16,398 bases of DNA from a bacterium (GCA_043779265.1 JAYWEM010000168.1:1-16398), one strand, 5' to 3'. Positions 6,817 to 16,002 are shown, counted from the first letter of the stretch. A program made the numbers and translations. The notes: generated by a model from the letters alone, not told the origin.

Positions 6817-8057
6817 GCCTTCGCCCGATCCTGCGGACCCCGCCTCGGCCGCATCGCGCCCGTCACGAATCGGAACCAGAACCACGTGCCGAGCGACATC
6901 GTCCGGAGCACCGTGTTCACGGCGCCGTACACCGGGTACAGAATCAGTACGCTGATCGGGGCCCGCTGACGCGTCCCCGGCTGACGGATCATCCACCACG
7001 AGTGAAGTTCGAATGCGAGATAGATGACGTACAGGACGACCGCCCACCAGCGCAGGCCCGGCGTGAGGAGGATCACGAACAACGACCACGTCTTGATCGG
7101 GTCACTCAGCACCGTGTAGACGTTGTAGGCCATCTCGTAGCGAAGCCGCCAGCTCGCGCGCGATCCCAGCAGGAGTCGCAGCATGTTGGCGAGCTGATGG
7201 TAGAGCCCCGGATACCAACCCGTCAGACGCTGCCGGAACCACTGGCCCCAGCGCCACGGCGTCACGGTCCACACGGGTTCATCCGCGTACACGATACGCT
7301 TGCCGTGCAGCAGGTGGATGAGCGAACGCTGGAGATCCTCGCCCTGGAACACGGTCGTGTGCTCATGGTGGAGCGATTGAAGATCGGCGGTACGGAAAAG
7401 ACCGGCGGCTCCCGAGATGCAGCTGACCGACTCCGTCACGTCGTGGAATCGCTTGCCGATCTCCATGCTCTTCGCATACTCGTGCCGCTGAAGGTGGCCG
7501 AGGAATCCGTTGCCATGCGCGCCATCACGACTGCGTCGGTCGGGCAGGACATGGAAGGCCACCGCATCCGCGCTTCCGCCGGTGAGCAGCGATGTCGGGA
7601 TCTGGGCTCCACCGACGCGCGTGTCATCGTCGAGCAACAGCGTAATCGGCGTCTTCACGCGGTGGACGGCGAAGTTGATCGCCGACGCCTTGCCGCGGGA
7701 GCGCTCGAGTCGATGGACGGTGCATCCGAGCTCGCGGGCGACCTCAGCCGTGCCATCGGTGCTTCCGTCATCGATGACCATGATCCGGTCGGGCGGCAGG
7801 TGGCGCGCCAACTCCGTGATCGTGCCAGGAAGGACACTGGCCCCATTGCGACAGGCGATGACGGCGGTGACCTGAGAGGAATCGGAGACGAAGGGACGCG
7901 TCGCCTCACGACCGAGCAGCTCGACGAGTAGCTTGACGAAGTCGACGAGTGCACAGAAGAGAACCGCGAACACGACGGGTTCCGGCCAAGAACTCCCGTT
8001 GGATGCCTGCTCGAGGGGAGAGGACCAGAATGGAAGCAGCATCTCCCACGGTCTCAA
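6813..8057 (-). CDS. Membrane-embedded family 2 glycosyltransferase, processive synthase type (PgaC/IcaA/YaiP-like)
   Basis: Motifs VIDDGSTDGT, GKASAIN, LLDDDT (DxD), SCISGAAGLFR, GED and QRLTGW; one N-terminal and several C-terminal hydrophobic helices. Start placed at TTG 8057 (GGAGG at 8068-8064); ATG 8042 is an alternative. Confidence 0.88.
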   Translation of the reverse strand: MRPWEMLLPFWSSPLEQASNGSSWPEPVVFAVLFCALVDFVKLLVELLGREATRPFVSDSSQVTAVIACRNGASVLPGTITELARHLPPDRIMVIDDGSTDGTAEVARELGCTVHRLERSRGKASAINFAVHRVKTPITLLLDDDTRVGGAQIPTSLLTGGSADAVAFHVLPDRRSRDGAHGNGFLGHLQRHEYAKSMEIGKRFHDVTESVSCISGAAGLFRTADLQSLHHEHTTVFQGEDLQRSLIHLLHGKRIVYADEPVWTVTPWRWGQWFRQRLTGWYPGLYHQLANMLRLLLGSRASWRLRYEMAYNVYTVLSDPIKTWSLFVILLTPGLRWWAVVLYVIYLAFELHSWWMIRQPGTRQRAPISVLILYPVYGAVNTVLRTMSLGTWFWFRFVTGAMRPRRGPQDRAKA

Positions 8058-8149
8058 CGCGAACCTCCCGCGCATCCGACACGCTTGCTGGCACCCCGGA
8101 GCAGGGCTAGGCTCCGCGCGCTCTGACGACCATCGCCTGGGAGGAACGC

Positions 8150-9700
8150 GTGAACCGCGAGGAACGACTGGCCGAACTGCGCCGCCGCCGTGAAGCATCG
8201 CGCGCCGGAGGCGGCCCCGAACGAATCGCCAAGATCCACGCTAAGGGCCGACTGACGGCCCGTGAACGCCTCGAGCTCCTGATGGACGCCGGCTCGTTCG
8301 TCGAAATCGGTGCGTTCGTGACCCACCGCGCCACGGACTTCGGCATGGGCTCGAACCGCATCGTCGGCGATGGCGTGGTGGCCGGCTGGGGGCTGGTGGA
8401 GGGCCGCCGCGTCTACTGCTTCGCGCAGGACTTCACCGTGTTCGGCGGGACCATGAGCGAGGCGAACGCCAAGAAGATCTGCGCGATCATGGATCTCGCG
8501 ATGGACAACGGCGCCCCGGTCATCGGCCTCAACGACTCGGGTGGAGCGCGCATCCAGGAGGGGGTGCTCTCGTTGGGCGCCTACGCGGACATCTTCCTGC
8601 GCAACACGCTCGCCTCGGGCGTCGTCCCGCAGATCTCGGCCATTCTCGGACCGTGCGCCGGCGGAGCGGTGTACTCCCCCGCCATCACGGACTTCACGCT
8701 GATGGTCGAGGGCACGAGCCACATGTTCGTGACCGGACCGGAGGTCATCAAGGCCGTGACCTCGGAGGAGGTCAGCTTCGAGGACCTGGGTGGCGCCTTC
8801 ACCCACAATTCCAAGAGCGGCGTGGCGCACTTCATGGCAAAGGACGACGCCGACTGCATCCGACACGTCAAACGATTGCTTTCGTTTCTGCCCTCGCACA
8901 ATCGCGAGGACGCGCCGCGGCGCGAGTGCACCGATCCGATCGACCGAAGGGACCCGGAGCTCGCCACTCTCGTCCCGGACTCGGCGGCCAAGCCCTATGA
9001 CATGAAGGACATCGTCCGACGCGTCGTCGACGATGCCGACTTCTTCGAGGTTCACGAGCACTTCGCGATGAACATCATCGTCGGCTTCGCGCGATTGAAC
9101 GGCCGCCCGGTGGGGATCGTCGGCAATCAGCCCAAGGTGCTCGCCGGTGTCCTCGACATCGATTCGTCCGTCAAAGCGGCTCGTTTCGTGCGCTTCTGCG
9201 ACGCCTTCCACATCCCTCTGGTCACGTTCGAGGATGTCCCCGGATTCCTGCCCGGCACGCGCCAGGAGTGGGGAGGCATCATCCGCCACGGGGCGAAACT
9301 GCTTTACGCCTACTGCGAGGCGACGGTGCCCAAGCTTACCGTTGTCGTGCGCAAGGCCTACGGCGGCGCCTACGACGTCATGTCCAGCAAGCACATCCGG
9401 GGCGACTACAACGTGGCCTGGCCGAGTGCCGAGATGGCGGTCATGGGGGCGGACGGAGCAGTCAACATCCTGTACCGCGAGGAGCTCGCGAAGGCGAAGG
9501 ACCCGGTCGCGGAGCGCATGCGCTTGATCGCGGAGTACAACGAGAAATTCGCCTCGCCCTGGGTGGCGGCCGAACTCGGGTACCTGGACGATGTCATCGA
9601 GCCGCAGGAGACGCGGCCGCGACTGATCGCAGCGTTGGAGATGCTCCGCCACAAGCGGCAGAGCATGCCGGCCAAGAAGCACGGGAATCCCCCGCTCTGA
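8150..9700 (+). CDS. pccB: Acyl-CoA carboxylase carboxyltransferase (beta) subunit, propionyl-CoA carboxylase / methylmalonyl-CoA decarboxylase type
   Basis: Motifs [61 protein letters not shown] and [11 protein letters not shown] start with a GGAGG RBS. Confidence 0.92.
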   Translation: MNREERLAELRRRREASRAGGGPERIAKIHAKGRLTARERLELLMDAGSFVEIGAFVTHRATDFGMGSNRIVGDGVVAGWGLVEGRRVYCFAQDFTVFGGTMSEANAKKICAIMDLAMDNGAPVIGLNDSGGARIQEGVLSLGAYADIFLRNTLASGVVPQISAILGPCAGGAVYSPAITDFTLMVEGTSHMFVTGPEVIKAVTSEEVSFEDLGGAFTHNSKSGVAHFMAKDDADCIRHVKRLLSFLPSHNREDAPRRECTDPIDRRDPELATLVPDSAAKPYDMKDIVRRVVDDADFFEVHEHFAMNIIVGFARLNGRPVGIVGNQPKVLAGVLDIDSSVKAARFVRFCDAFHIPLVTFEDVPGFLPGTRQEWGGIIRHGAKLLYAYCEATVPKLTVVVRKAYGGAYDVMSSKHIRGDYNVAWPSAEMAVMGADGAVNILYREELAKAKDPVAERMRLIAEYNEKFASPWVAAELGYLDDVIEPQETRPRLIAALEMLRHKRQSMPAKKHGNPPL

Positions 9701-9821
9701 AGCAGGTTCGAGGGTGCGGGCACCGGCCGGTGCGGATGGCCGGAGGGGGGGCCAGGATGGTGCGCAAGTCGAGAGAAGGCTAGCAGCCTGCTCCGACGAG
9801 TCGCAATGGGTGGTTTGGCCC

Positions 9822-10856
9822 TCAGACCACCAGCATCGCGTCACCGTAGGAATAGAAGCGGTAGCGCTGGACCACCGCGTGCGCGTACGCGGCCCGAAGC
9901 AGTTCGGGACCGGCGAGCGCCCCGACCAGGAGCAACAGCGTGGTGCGCGGTAGATGGAAGTTCGTCAAGAGGGCGTCCACGGCCTGGAATCGATACGGTG
10001 GCAGGATGTACTTGCGCGTCCAGCCCGATGCCGCCTCGAGCCGTCCGTCATGAACATCGCATGCCGACTCGAGCGCCCGGACACTGGTCGTCCCGATCGC
10101 CACGATCCGCCCTCCCCGCTCGCGCGCTCGACGTAATCGGGCAGCGGACTCCTCGGGCACGTCGAACCACTCCTCGTCCATCGGATGCTCGCGTGGATCA
10201 TCCACTGTGACAGGCCTGAAGGTCCCGGGGCCGACGTGCAGGAGCACGGACGCGCGATCGACGCCACCCGCCTCGAGTTCCGCCAGCAGTTCCTCGGAGA
10301 AGTGCAGCCCGGCCGTCGGCGAGGCGACCGCGCCCTCCACACGAGCGTAGACCGTCTGATAGCGCTCGAGATCGTTCGACTCGGGAGTCCGGCGGATGTA
10401 GGGAGGCAGCGGGATGGCGCCCTGCTCGGAGAGGGTCGCCGCGAGTCTGCCGCGAGTGATGCGCACGACTCGCTCCCCCTGCTCGCCCTCGCGGATCACC
10501 TCGATCTGCAGTGATCCGTCAGCGGTCTCGAGCTTGGAGCCGATCGCGGCATGTCGAGCGGGCTTGGCGAGCACGCGCCAGCATTCCCCTTCTCCGGCCG
10601 CGGGCCGCACGAACAGGAGTTCCACACGCCCCCCGGTGGCGCGTCGCATCTCGAGGCGAGCAGGACTCACACGCGTCTCGTTGAGCGCCAGCACGTCGCC
10701 CGCACGCAGCCACTTGGCCAAGTCGGGGATGTGGGCATCGTGGAGCGCTCCGGTGGCGCGTTCCACCACCAGCAGCCTGGCATCGGCCCGGCGCTCGGGC
10801 GGGTGCTGCGCGACGAGATCGTCGGGCAGTTCGTAGTCGAGGTCCTCGATGCGCAT
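9822..10856 (-). CDS. queA: S-adenosylmethionine:tRNA ribosyltransferase-isomerase
   Basis: Motifs DYELP...AQHP, PLPPYI, YQTVYA, GAVASPTAGLHF, LHVGPGTF, GTTSVRALES, TNFHLP and YRFYSYGDAM. Confidence 0.97.
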   Translation of the reverse strand: MRIEDLDYELPDDLVAQHPPERRADARLLVVERATGALHDAHIPDLAKWLRAGDVLALNETRVSPARLEMRRATGGRVELLFVRPAAGEGECWRVLAKPARHAAIGSKLETADGSLQIEVIREGEQGERVVRITRGRLAATLSEQGAIPLPPYIRRTPESNDLERYQTVYARVEGAVASPTAGLHFSEELLAELEAGGVDRASVLLHVGPGTFRPVTVDDPREHPMDEEWFDVPEESAARLRRARERGGRIVAIGTTSVRALESACDVHDGRLEAASGWTRKYILPPYRFQAVDALLTNFHLPRTTLLLLVGALAGPELLRAAYAHAVVQRYRFYSYGDAMLVV

Positions 10857-10867
10857 CGCCGGCCCGA

Positions 10868-11944
10868 TCAGTGCAGCGGCAGTTCGGACTGATCCGCTGC
10901 CGGATCCCCGGCCCGCGGCGGCACCGGGCGTCCCAGATGCTCGTAGGCGAGCCGCGTCGCCTCGCGGCCTCGCGACGTACGGCGGATGAACCCCTCTTGG
11001 ACGAGAAATGGCTCGTACACGTCCTCGAGCGTTCCGGCGTCCTCTCCCAGCACCACTGCGAGCGCCTGAAGGCCAGCCGGGCCCCCATCGTAGCGGTCGA
11101 TCAATGCCTCGAGGAGGCGTCGGTCCATCTCGTCGAGACCCCGTTCGTCCACCTCGAGCAGGTGCAGTGCCTCGCGCGTGACCGCGCGCGTGATGGCACC
11201 GTCCGCTTTGATCAGCGCGAAGTCACGGACTCGTCGCAACAACCGATTGGCGACTCGAGGCGTGCCCCGCGAGCGCCTCGCGATCTCGACTGCGGCATCG
11301 GGGTCGAGCGCAGCGCCGAGGATCTCGCCGGAGCGCTGGACGATCTGGACCAGGTCATCTGCCCGATAGAAATCCATGCGCAGTGTGACGCCGAAACGGG
11401 CGCGAAGCGGCGCTGACAACAGGCCAGCGCGCGTCGTCGCGCCGATCAGCGTGAACGGATCGAGATTCAGCTTGAGGGAACGGGCGCTGGGGCCCCGGTC
11501 CAGCAGGATGTCGAGCGTGAAGTCCTCGAGCGCGGAGTAGAGGTACTCCTCGACGACCGGACTCAGTCGATGGATCTCGTCCACGAAAAGCACACCGCGC
11601 GGCCCCAGGTTCGTGAGCAGTCCAGCGAGATCGCCGGCTCGCTCGATGACCGGCCCCGACGTGTGCGTGATCTCGACTCCCAACTCACGCGCCACGATCG
11701 AGCCGAGCGTGGTCTTGCCGAGGCCCGGAGGGCCGTGGAAGAGGACGTGGTCGAGGGCTTCCCCACGCCGCTTGGCGGCCTCAAGGGCGATGCCCAACTG
11801 TTGGCGGACAGGCACCTGTCCCACGAAATGCTCGAGCGCCTCCGGACGAAGGCGGCGCTCTTCACGCACGTCCTCCGCGAACGGGGCGGGATCGGCGATC
11901 CTCGCCGGATGCTCCGGCAGCTCTCGTGTCGATTCGTCGCTCAT
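10868..11944 (-). CDS. ruvB: Holliday junction branch migration ATPase RuvB
   Basis: LRP..L..FVGQ, Walker [13 protein letters not shown], Walker [28 protein letters not shown] and EDVYEPFL. Start at ATG 11944 (AGGAG RBS); ATG 11959 is an alternative. Confidence 0.97.
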   Translation of the reverse strand: MSDESTRELPEHPARIADPAPFAEDVREERRLRPEALEHFVGQVPVRQQLGIALEAAKRRGEALDHVLFHGPPGLGKTTLGSIVARELGVEITHTSGPVIERAGDLAGLLTNLGPRGVLFVDEIHRLSPVVEEYLYSALEDFTLDILLDRGPSARSLKLNLDPFTLIGATTRAGLLSAPLRARFGVTLRMDFYRADDLVQIVQRSGEILGAALDPDAAVEIARRSRGTPRVANRLLRRVRDFALIKADGAITRAVTREALHLLEVDERGLDEMDRRLLEALIDRYDGGPAGLQALAVVLGEDAGTLEDVYEPFLVQEGFIRRTSRGREATRLAYEHLGRPVPPRAGDPAADQSELPLH

Positions 11945-11955
11945 ACTCGCACTCC

Positions 11956-12591
11956 TCATCTCGTCCGTGATGTCGGCCTCGCCAGTCCCGCGAGCGCACG
12001 CTTGACGAGCGTCTCGAGCGAGTCCGTCGGTGCGGCGTTCTCCGCCGCGCTCCTTGCCGCTTCTTGAGCCTGCGCGGGAGCGTAGCCCAGCGTGAGCAGG
12101 GCCGCGACCGCATCCTCGTGGCGGTCGTCCGTCGGCCCGACGCGCTTGCGCTTGGGCGCAGAAGCTCCAGATGAGGCGAGCACGGGCATGAATTCGAGTT
12201 TGTCGCGAAGCTCCATCACGAGGCGTTCGGCTGTCTTGCGGCCGATTCCCGGAACCGCCACGAGGCGCGCCACCTGCTCGCCTCGAATCGCCTCGGCGAG
12301 AGAGGCCGGGGTCAGTCCGGACAACACGGCGAGCGCCATGCGGGGCCCGACGCCGTTCACGGAGATCAGCAGATCGAACAACCTCAACTCGTCCGGGTCG
12401 GCGAATCCGAAGAGGAGCAGGGCATCCTCACGCACGATCTGACGGGTTCTCAACTGAACCTCGGCACCGAGTGAGGGCAAACGGGCAGCGGTGTGCGTAC
12501 TGATCTGGACGAGATAGCCGACGCCTCCGGCCTCGACGACGCAAACGCCCTCCTCGCGCACGAGCAATGAGCCTCGAAGCGCGGCGATCAT
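11956..12591 (-). CDS. ruvA: Holliday junction branch migration protein RuvA
   Basis: [23 protein letters not shown], HhH motifs VNGVGPR and [13 protein letters not shown]-terminal [10 protein letters not shown] 12591 overlaps the ruvC stop. Confidence 0.96.
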   Translation of the reverse strand: MIAALRGSLLVREEGVCVVEAGGVGYLVQISTHTAARLPSLGAEVQLRTRQIVREDALLLFGFADPDELRLFDLLISVNGVGPRMALAVLSGLTPASLAEAIRGEQVARLVAVPGIGRKTAERLVMELRDKLEFMPVLASSGASAPKRKRVGPTDDRHEDAVAALLTLGYAPAQAQEAARSAAENAAPTDSLETLVKRALAGLARPTSRTR

Positions 12592-13127
12592 CGGGCCACG
12601 CGAGTGGCGAGGAGCGCATCCAACCTGCGCCGGGCTGGGGTCATGCGTTCCGGAACCGACCATCTCGCTCGCTGCAGGTGGCAGATGGCGGCTGCCAGAG
12701 CGTCGGCCGCGTCCGCCTGTGGCGCCGACGCGAATCCGAGCAGGCGTGCCACCATCGACGCGACCTGCGGCTTGCTGGCCGCGCCGTTGCCCGTGACTGC
12801 GAGCTTGATGGAGCGAGGCGCGTACTCGGCGATCGGCAGATCGCGCTGCGCCGCCGTCACGAGAAGTGCGCCGCGGACATGGCCCAGCACGAGCGTCGAA
12901 CGTGCGAACTCGTGATGGAAGGCCTCCTCCACCACGACCTCGTCGGGCGAGAAATCCTGGATGAGTCGGGCCACGCCATCGGCGATGAACGCGAGGCGCT
13001 TGGGTAGAGCCGCTCCCGCGGGCGGAGTCAGTGCTCCGTGCGCCAATCCGCGCAGGGCATTGCCCTCACGCTCCACCACGCCATAGCCGGTCCTTCGGCT
13101 GCCGGGGTCCAATCCCAGGACTCGCAT
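12588..13127 (-). CDS. ruvC: Crossover junction endodeoxyribonuclease RuvC
   Basis: VLGLDPG..RTGYG, VVEEAF, EYAP..IK.AVTGNGAASK.QV and DAADALAAAICH; the catalytic acidic residues are present. Confidence 0.96.
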   Translation of the reverse strand: MRVLGLDPGSRRTGYGVVEREGNALRGLAHGALTPPAGAALPKRLAFIADGVARLIQDFSPDEVVVEEAFHHEFARSTLVLGHVRGALLVTAAQRDLPIAEYAPRSIKLAVTGNGAASKPQVASMVARLLGFASAPQADAADALAAAICHLQRARWSVPERMTPARRRLDALLATRVAR

Positions 13128-13171
13128 GATGTTGGGGCCCGCCTCGCGCCCCGGGCTCGGCCCGGTTCCGC

Positions 13172-15277
13172 TCAGGCGTGATGTGCCGCCCCCGCCTCCT
13201 TCTCGGCTCTCGCCGCTGCAATGACCTTGTCCGCCAACTCCCTCGGGACTTCCTCGTAGTGCGAGACACGCGCAGCGTACAGCCCGCGGCCCTGCGTGAT
13301 CGCCCGCAAGTGGGAAGCATACTTGTAGAGCTCCGCCATGGGCACCTTCGCATGCACGGTCTGATAGTGCCCATCGGAATCGGTGCCGAGGATACGGCCC
13401 CGTTTCGACGAGAGATCCCCCATCACATCCCCGAGGAATTCCTCCGGCACGCGCACATCGACATCATCGTAGGGCTCGAGCAGGACCGGATTGGCCTGCA
13501 GCACGAGTTCGTGGAAACAGCTCTCGGCGGCGATCTTGAAGGCCATCTCCGAACTGTCGACATCGTGATGCTTCCCGAAGAACACGGCGACCCTCACATC
13601 GACGACGGGATAACCCGCCAACGGTCCACGGTGCATTCCAGCGACGACGCCCTTCTCGACCGCCGGGATGTACTGCCCGGGGATGGTCCCGCCCTTCACC
13701 TCATTGGCGAATTCGAACAGTTTTCCGCGCGGCATGGGATCGACGCGCAGATGCACTTCGCCGAACTGCCCGCGGCCGCCAGTCTGCTTCTTATGCCGAT
13801 ACTCTCCCTGCGCCGATGTCCGGATCGACTCGCGGTACGGAACATGCGGCTTGGAGAGCGTCACGTCGACATGAAAGCGCTTCTTGAGGCGCTCGACCAG
13901 CACTTCGAGATGAAGGTCGCCCATCCCATGTACGAGCGTCTCGCGCGTGCTGTCTTCGAAGTGCTTGGAGAGTGTCGGGTCCTCCTCATGCAGCCGCGCC
14001 AGACCATGCGCGAGTTTCTCCTCGTCCCCCTTGTTCTTCGAGCGGATGCATTCAGCCGTGACCGGGGACGGGAAGTCTGGCGGAGCGAGCACGACCTGTC
14101 GGCCCTTGTCGCACAACGTATCTCCGGTGTGCGTCTCGCGGAGCTTCACGGCTGCGATGATGTCGCCGGCGGCGGCGCCTCGGGCATCAGAGCGGTCCTT
14201 ACCGCAGAGGTGGTACATCGTGCCGATCTTCTCGGGACGGTGACGCGTCACGTTCACGACTTCATGGCCGGGCTCGAGGTGCCCGGACCACAGCCGGATC
14301 AGGGAGAGTTCGCCTAGATGCGCCTCAGCGAGTGTCTTGAACACAGTCGCCGCAACGGGCTCCTTCGCGTCGGGATTGCACACGATGTCCCGACCGCCAC
14401 TGGGCGCAGTTCCGACTTGAGCCGGAGCATCAATCGGAGAGGGCAGGATGTCGACGATCTCGTCGAGCACTTCCTTCACGCCCAGGTTGTGGTAAGCGGA
14501 ACAGCAGAACACCGGCGCCAGGTCACCTTGGACGACTCGTTCACAGAGGCCCTTGCGGATCTCCTCGGTCGTCAGCTCCCCGCTCGCGAGGAACTTCTCC
14601 ATGAGCTGCTCGTCGCCCGTCGCTGCTTCTTCGAGCAATAACGCGCGGGCCTCGACAACTCGATCGCGCATCGAATCGGGGATCGCGACTTCCTCGCTCT
14701 GCTCCTCGGCTCCACGACCATTGAAGGTGAAAGCTTTCATCTCGACCAAGTCGACGACGCCGTGGAACTCCTCGGCCTCGCCGATCGGTAGTTGGACCGG
14801 AATCGCATTGAGGCCGAGTCGCTCGTGGCAACTCTCGATCGCAGCTCCGAAGTCCGCATGCTCTTTGTCCATCATATTGATGACGACGAGCAGTGGAGTC
14901 TGCTCCTGCTTGAGCACCTCCCAGACGATCTCGGTGCCGACCTCGATCCCCGCGCTTGCGCGCAGGACGAGAATGGCCGCGTCCGCCACGCGCAGTGCGC
15001 TGTAGACATCACCGACGAAGTCCGGGTAGCCCGGCGTGTCGAGGAGATTGATCTTGTGATCGTTCCACTCGAACTGGGCGAGCCCCAAATCGATCGTGAT
15101 CTGTCGCTGGACCTCCTCCGGTGCGTGATCGAGGAGCGTCGTGCCGTCGGCGACACGTCCGATCCGGTTCGTGGCCTTGGCGACGAACAACATGGCCTCA
15201 GCAAGTGACGTCTTGCCGACACCATGATGGGCAACGAGCGCGACATTCCGGATCTGGCTGGTGGCGAACTCCTTCAC
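13172..15277 (-). CDS. fusA: Elongation factor G-like protein (EF-G2 paralogue)
   Basis: IRNVALVAHHGVGKT, RQITI, DTPGYPDF, EEDPT, GMGDLHLE, HKKQTGGRGQF, HDVDSSEMAF, PVLLEP and GDVMGDLSSKRG. GTG start at 15277 with a GGGAGG RBS. It is not in an rpsL-rpsG-tuf operon, so it is a second copy. Confidence 0.92.
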   Translation of the reverse strand: MKEFATSQIRNVALVAHHGVGKTSLAEAMLFVAKATNRIGRVADGTTLLDHAPEEVQRQITIDLGLAQFEWNDHKINLLDTPGYPDFVGDVYSALRVADAAILVLRASAGIEVGTEIVWEVLKQEQTPLLVVINMMDKEHADFGAAIESCHERLGLNAIPVQLPIGEAEEFHGVVDLVEMKAFTFNGRGAEEQSEEVAIPDSMRDRVVEARALLLEEAATGDEQLMEKFLASGELTTEEIRKGLCERVVQGDLAPVFCCSAYHNLGVKEVLDEIVDILPSPIDAPAQVGTAPSGGRDIVCNPDAKEPVAATVFKTLAEAHLGELSLIRLWSGHLEPGHEVVNVTRHRPEKIGTMYHLCGKDRSDARGAAAGDIIAAVKLRETHTGDTLCDKGRQVVLAPPDFPSPVTAECIRSKNKGDEEKLAHGLARLHEEDPTLSKHFEDSTRETLVHGMGDLHLEVLVERLKKRFHVDVTLSKPHVPYRESIRTSAQGEYRHKKQTGGRGQFGEVHLRVDPMPRGKLFEFANEVKGGTIPGQYIPAVEKGVVAGMHRGPLAGYPVVDVRVAVFFGKHHDVDSSEMAFKIAAESCFHELVLQANPVLLEPYDDVDVRVPEEFLGDVMGDLSSKRGRILGTDSDGHYQTVHAKVPMAELYKYASHLRAITQGRGLYAARVSHYEEVPRELADKVIAAARAEKEAGAAHHA

Positions 15278-15370
15278 GGGACACCTCCCATGATGTTCCG
15301 ACCGTAGCGATCGCGGCGCGAGGGGCGCTTGCAGTAGACGCTGTGCCGCGCTAACTTCAAGTGGCATCGA

Positions 15371-15400
15371 ACGCTAGCACTGCTGTCCGATGCGGGTCAA
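15371..15400 (-). promoter_or_regulatory. Putative promoter for the EF-G2-ruvCAB-queA cluster
   Basis: Minus strand TTGACC (15400-15395), 18-bp spacer, TAGCGT (15376-15371) preceded by an extended -10 TG. Confidence 0.45.
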
Positions 15401-15472
15401 GAACTCGTCCCAGGGCGTCGGCCGATACTGGGGAAGAGACGTGGTCGCAGCGGTGTATCACGCCCGAAGCGT

Positions 15473-15501
15473 TTGACCCTCCGAGGGGACATCGCTAACT
15501 T
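15473..15501 (+). promoter_or_regulatory. Putative sigma70 promoter for the cytochrome c gene
   Basis: TTGACC (15473-15478), 17-bp spacer, TAACTT (15496-15501), 70 nt upstream of the ATG. Confidence 0.55.
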
Positions 15502-15570
15502 CGCTGCCGCTCTCGCGCTGCAGGATGATGTGTCCTCGTGGCGTTCATCTTCCGAAAAGGAGTCCAGCCG

Positions 15571-15945
15571 ATGTCGTCCTCGAAGTCGCTTCTCGCCATG
15601 GCCGTCACGCTCTCGGTCCTCCCGCTTCTCGCCGTCGCGTTCGCTCTCCAGGCGGATGCCGGCCCTGCCAAGGGCGATGCCGCCAAGGGCAAGCCGCTCT
15701 ACACGCAGAAGTGCGTTGCCTGCCACAAGGCCGACGGCAGCGGTGGCGTGAAGCTGACCGGCAACCCCACGCCGAGCTTCAAGGACGCAAAGCGCATGGC
15801 CACGGTCACCGACGACAAATTGCGCGAGTGCATCGTGAACGGCGTCATCAAGTCGGGCATGGTCGCCTGGGGCAAGACGGGGCAGCTCAAGCCGGCGCAG
15901 ATCGAGGACGTCATCGCGTACATCCGGACGCTCCCGAAGAAGTAG
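15571..15945 (+). CDS. Periplasmic monoheme class I cytochrome c
   Basis: Signal peptide, GDAAKGK.LY, heme motif CVACH, distal Met (SGMVAWG) and C-terminal helix IEDVIAYIRTL. AAGGAG RBS at 15557-15562. Confidence 0.93.
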   Translation: MSSSKSLLAMAVTLSVLPLLAVAFALQADAGPAKGDAAKGKPLYTQKCVACHKADGSGGVKLTGNPTPSFKDAKRMATVTDDKLRECIVNGVIKSGMVAWGKTGQLKPAQIEDVIAYIRTLPKK

Positions 15946-15967
15946 CGATCCGACTCCGGGTTCACGA

Positions 15968-16002
15968 AAGAGGGCGCGCCCGCATGCGGGACGCGCCCTC
16001 TT
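15968..16002. terminator. Probable bidirectional terminator hairpin between the convergent cytochrome c and sppA genes
   Basis: aagagggcgcg-cccgc / at / gcggg-a-cgcgccctctt is a long inverted repeat with one bulge; the U tracts are short. Confidence 0.65.

Noticed and set aside
6817..7089. ORF-track N-terminal extension of the barrel gene (likewise the extensions for yqeY, GT2, ruvA, fusA and cytochrome c)
   Set aside because: These overlap neighbouring genes or promoters; downstream starts have an RBS or stop/start coupling and match family N-termini.
5611..7931. Plus-strand ORFs 5611..6969 and 6798..7931
   Set aside because: Antisense to yqeY, the barrel gene and GT2, which have RBSs, signal peptides or catalytic motifs.
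8054..9844. 596-aa minus-strand ORF opposite pccB
   Set aside because: Antisense shadow of a conserved gene in high-GC DNA; no recognisable motifs.
12139..12156. NLS-like PKRKRV in the RuvA linker
   Set aside because: It lies in the variable flexible linker of a bacterial DNA-binding protein; chance resemblance is the simplest explanation.
13178..15208. Plus-strand ORFs antisense to the EF-G-like gene
   Set aside because: Mirror-frame ORFs produced by codon bias; no independent evidence.
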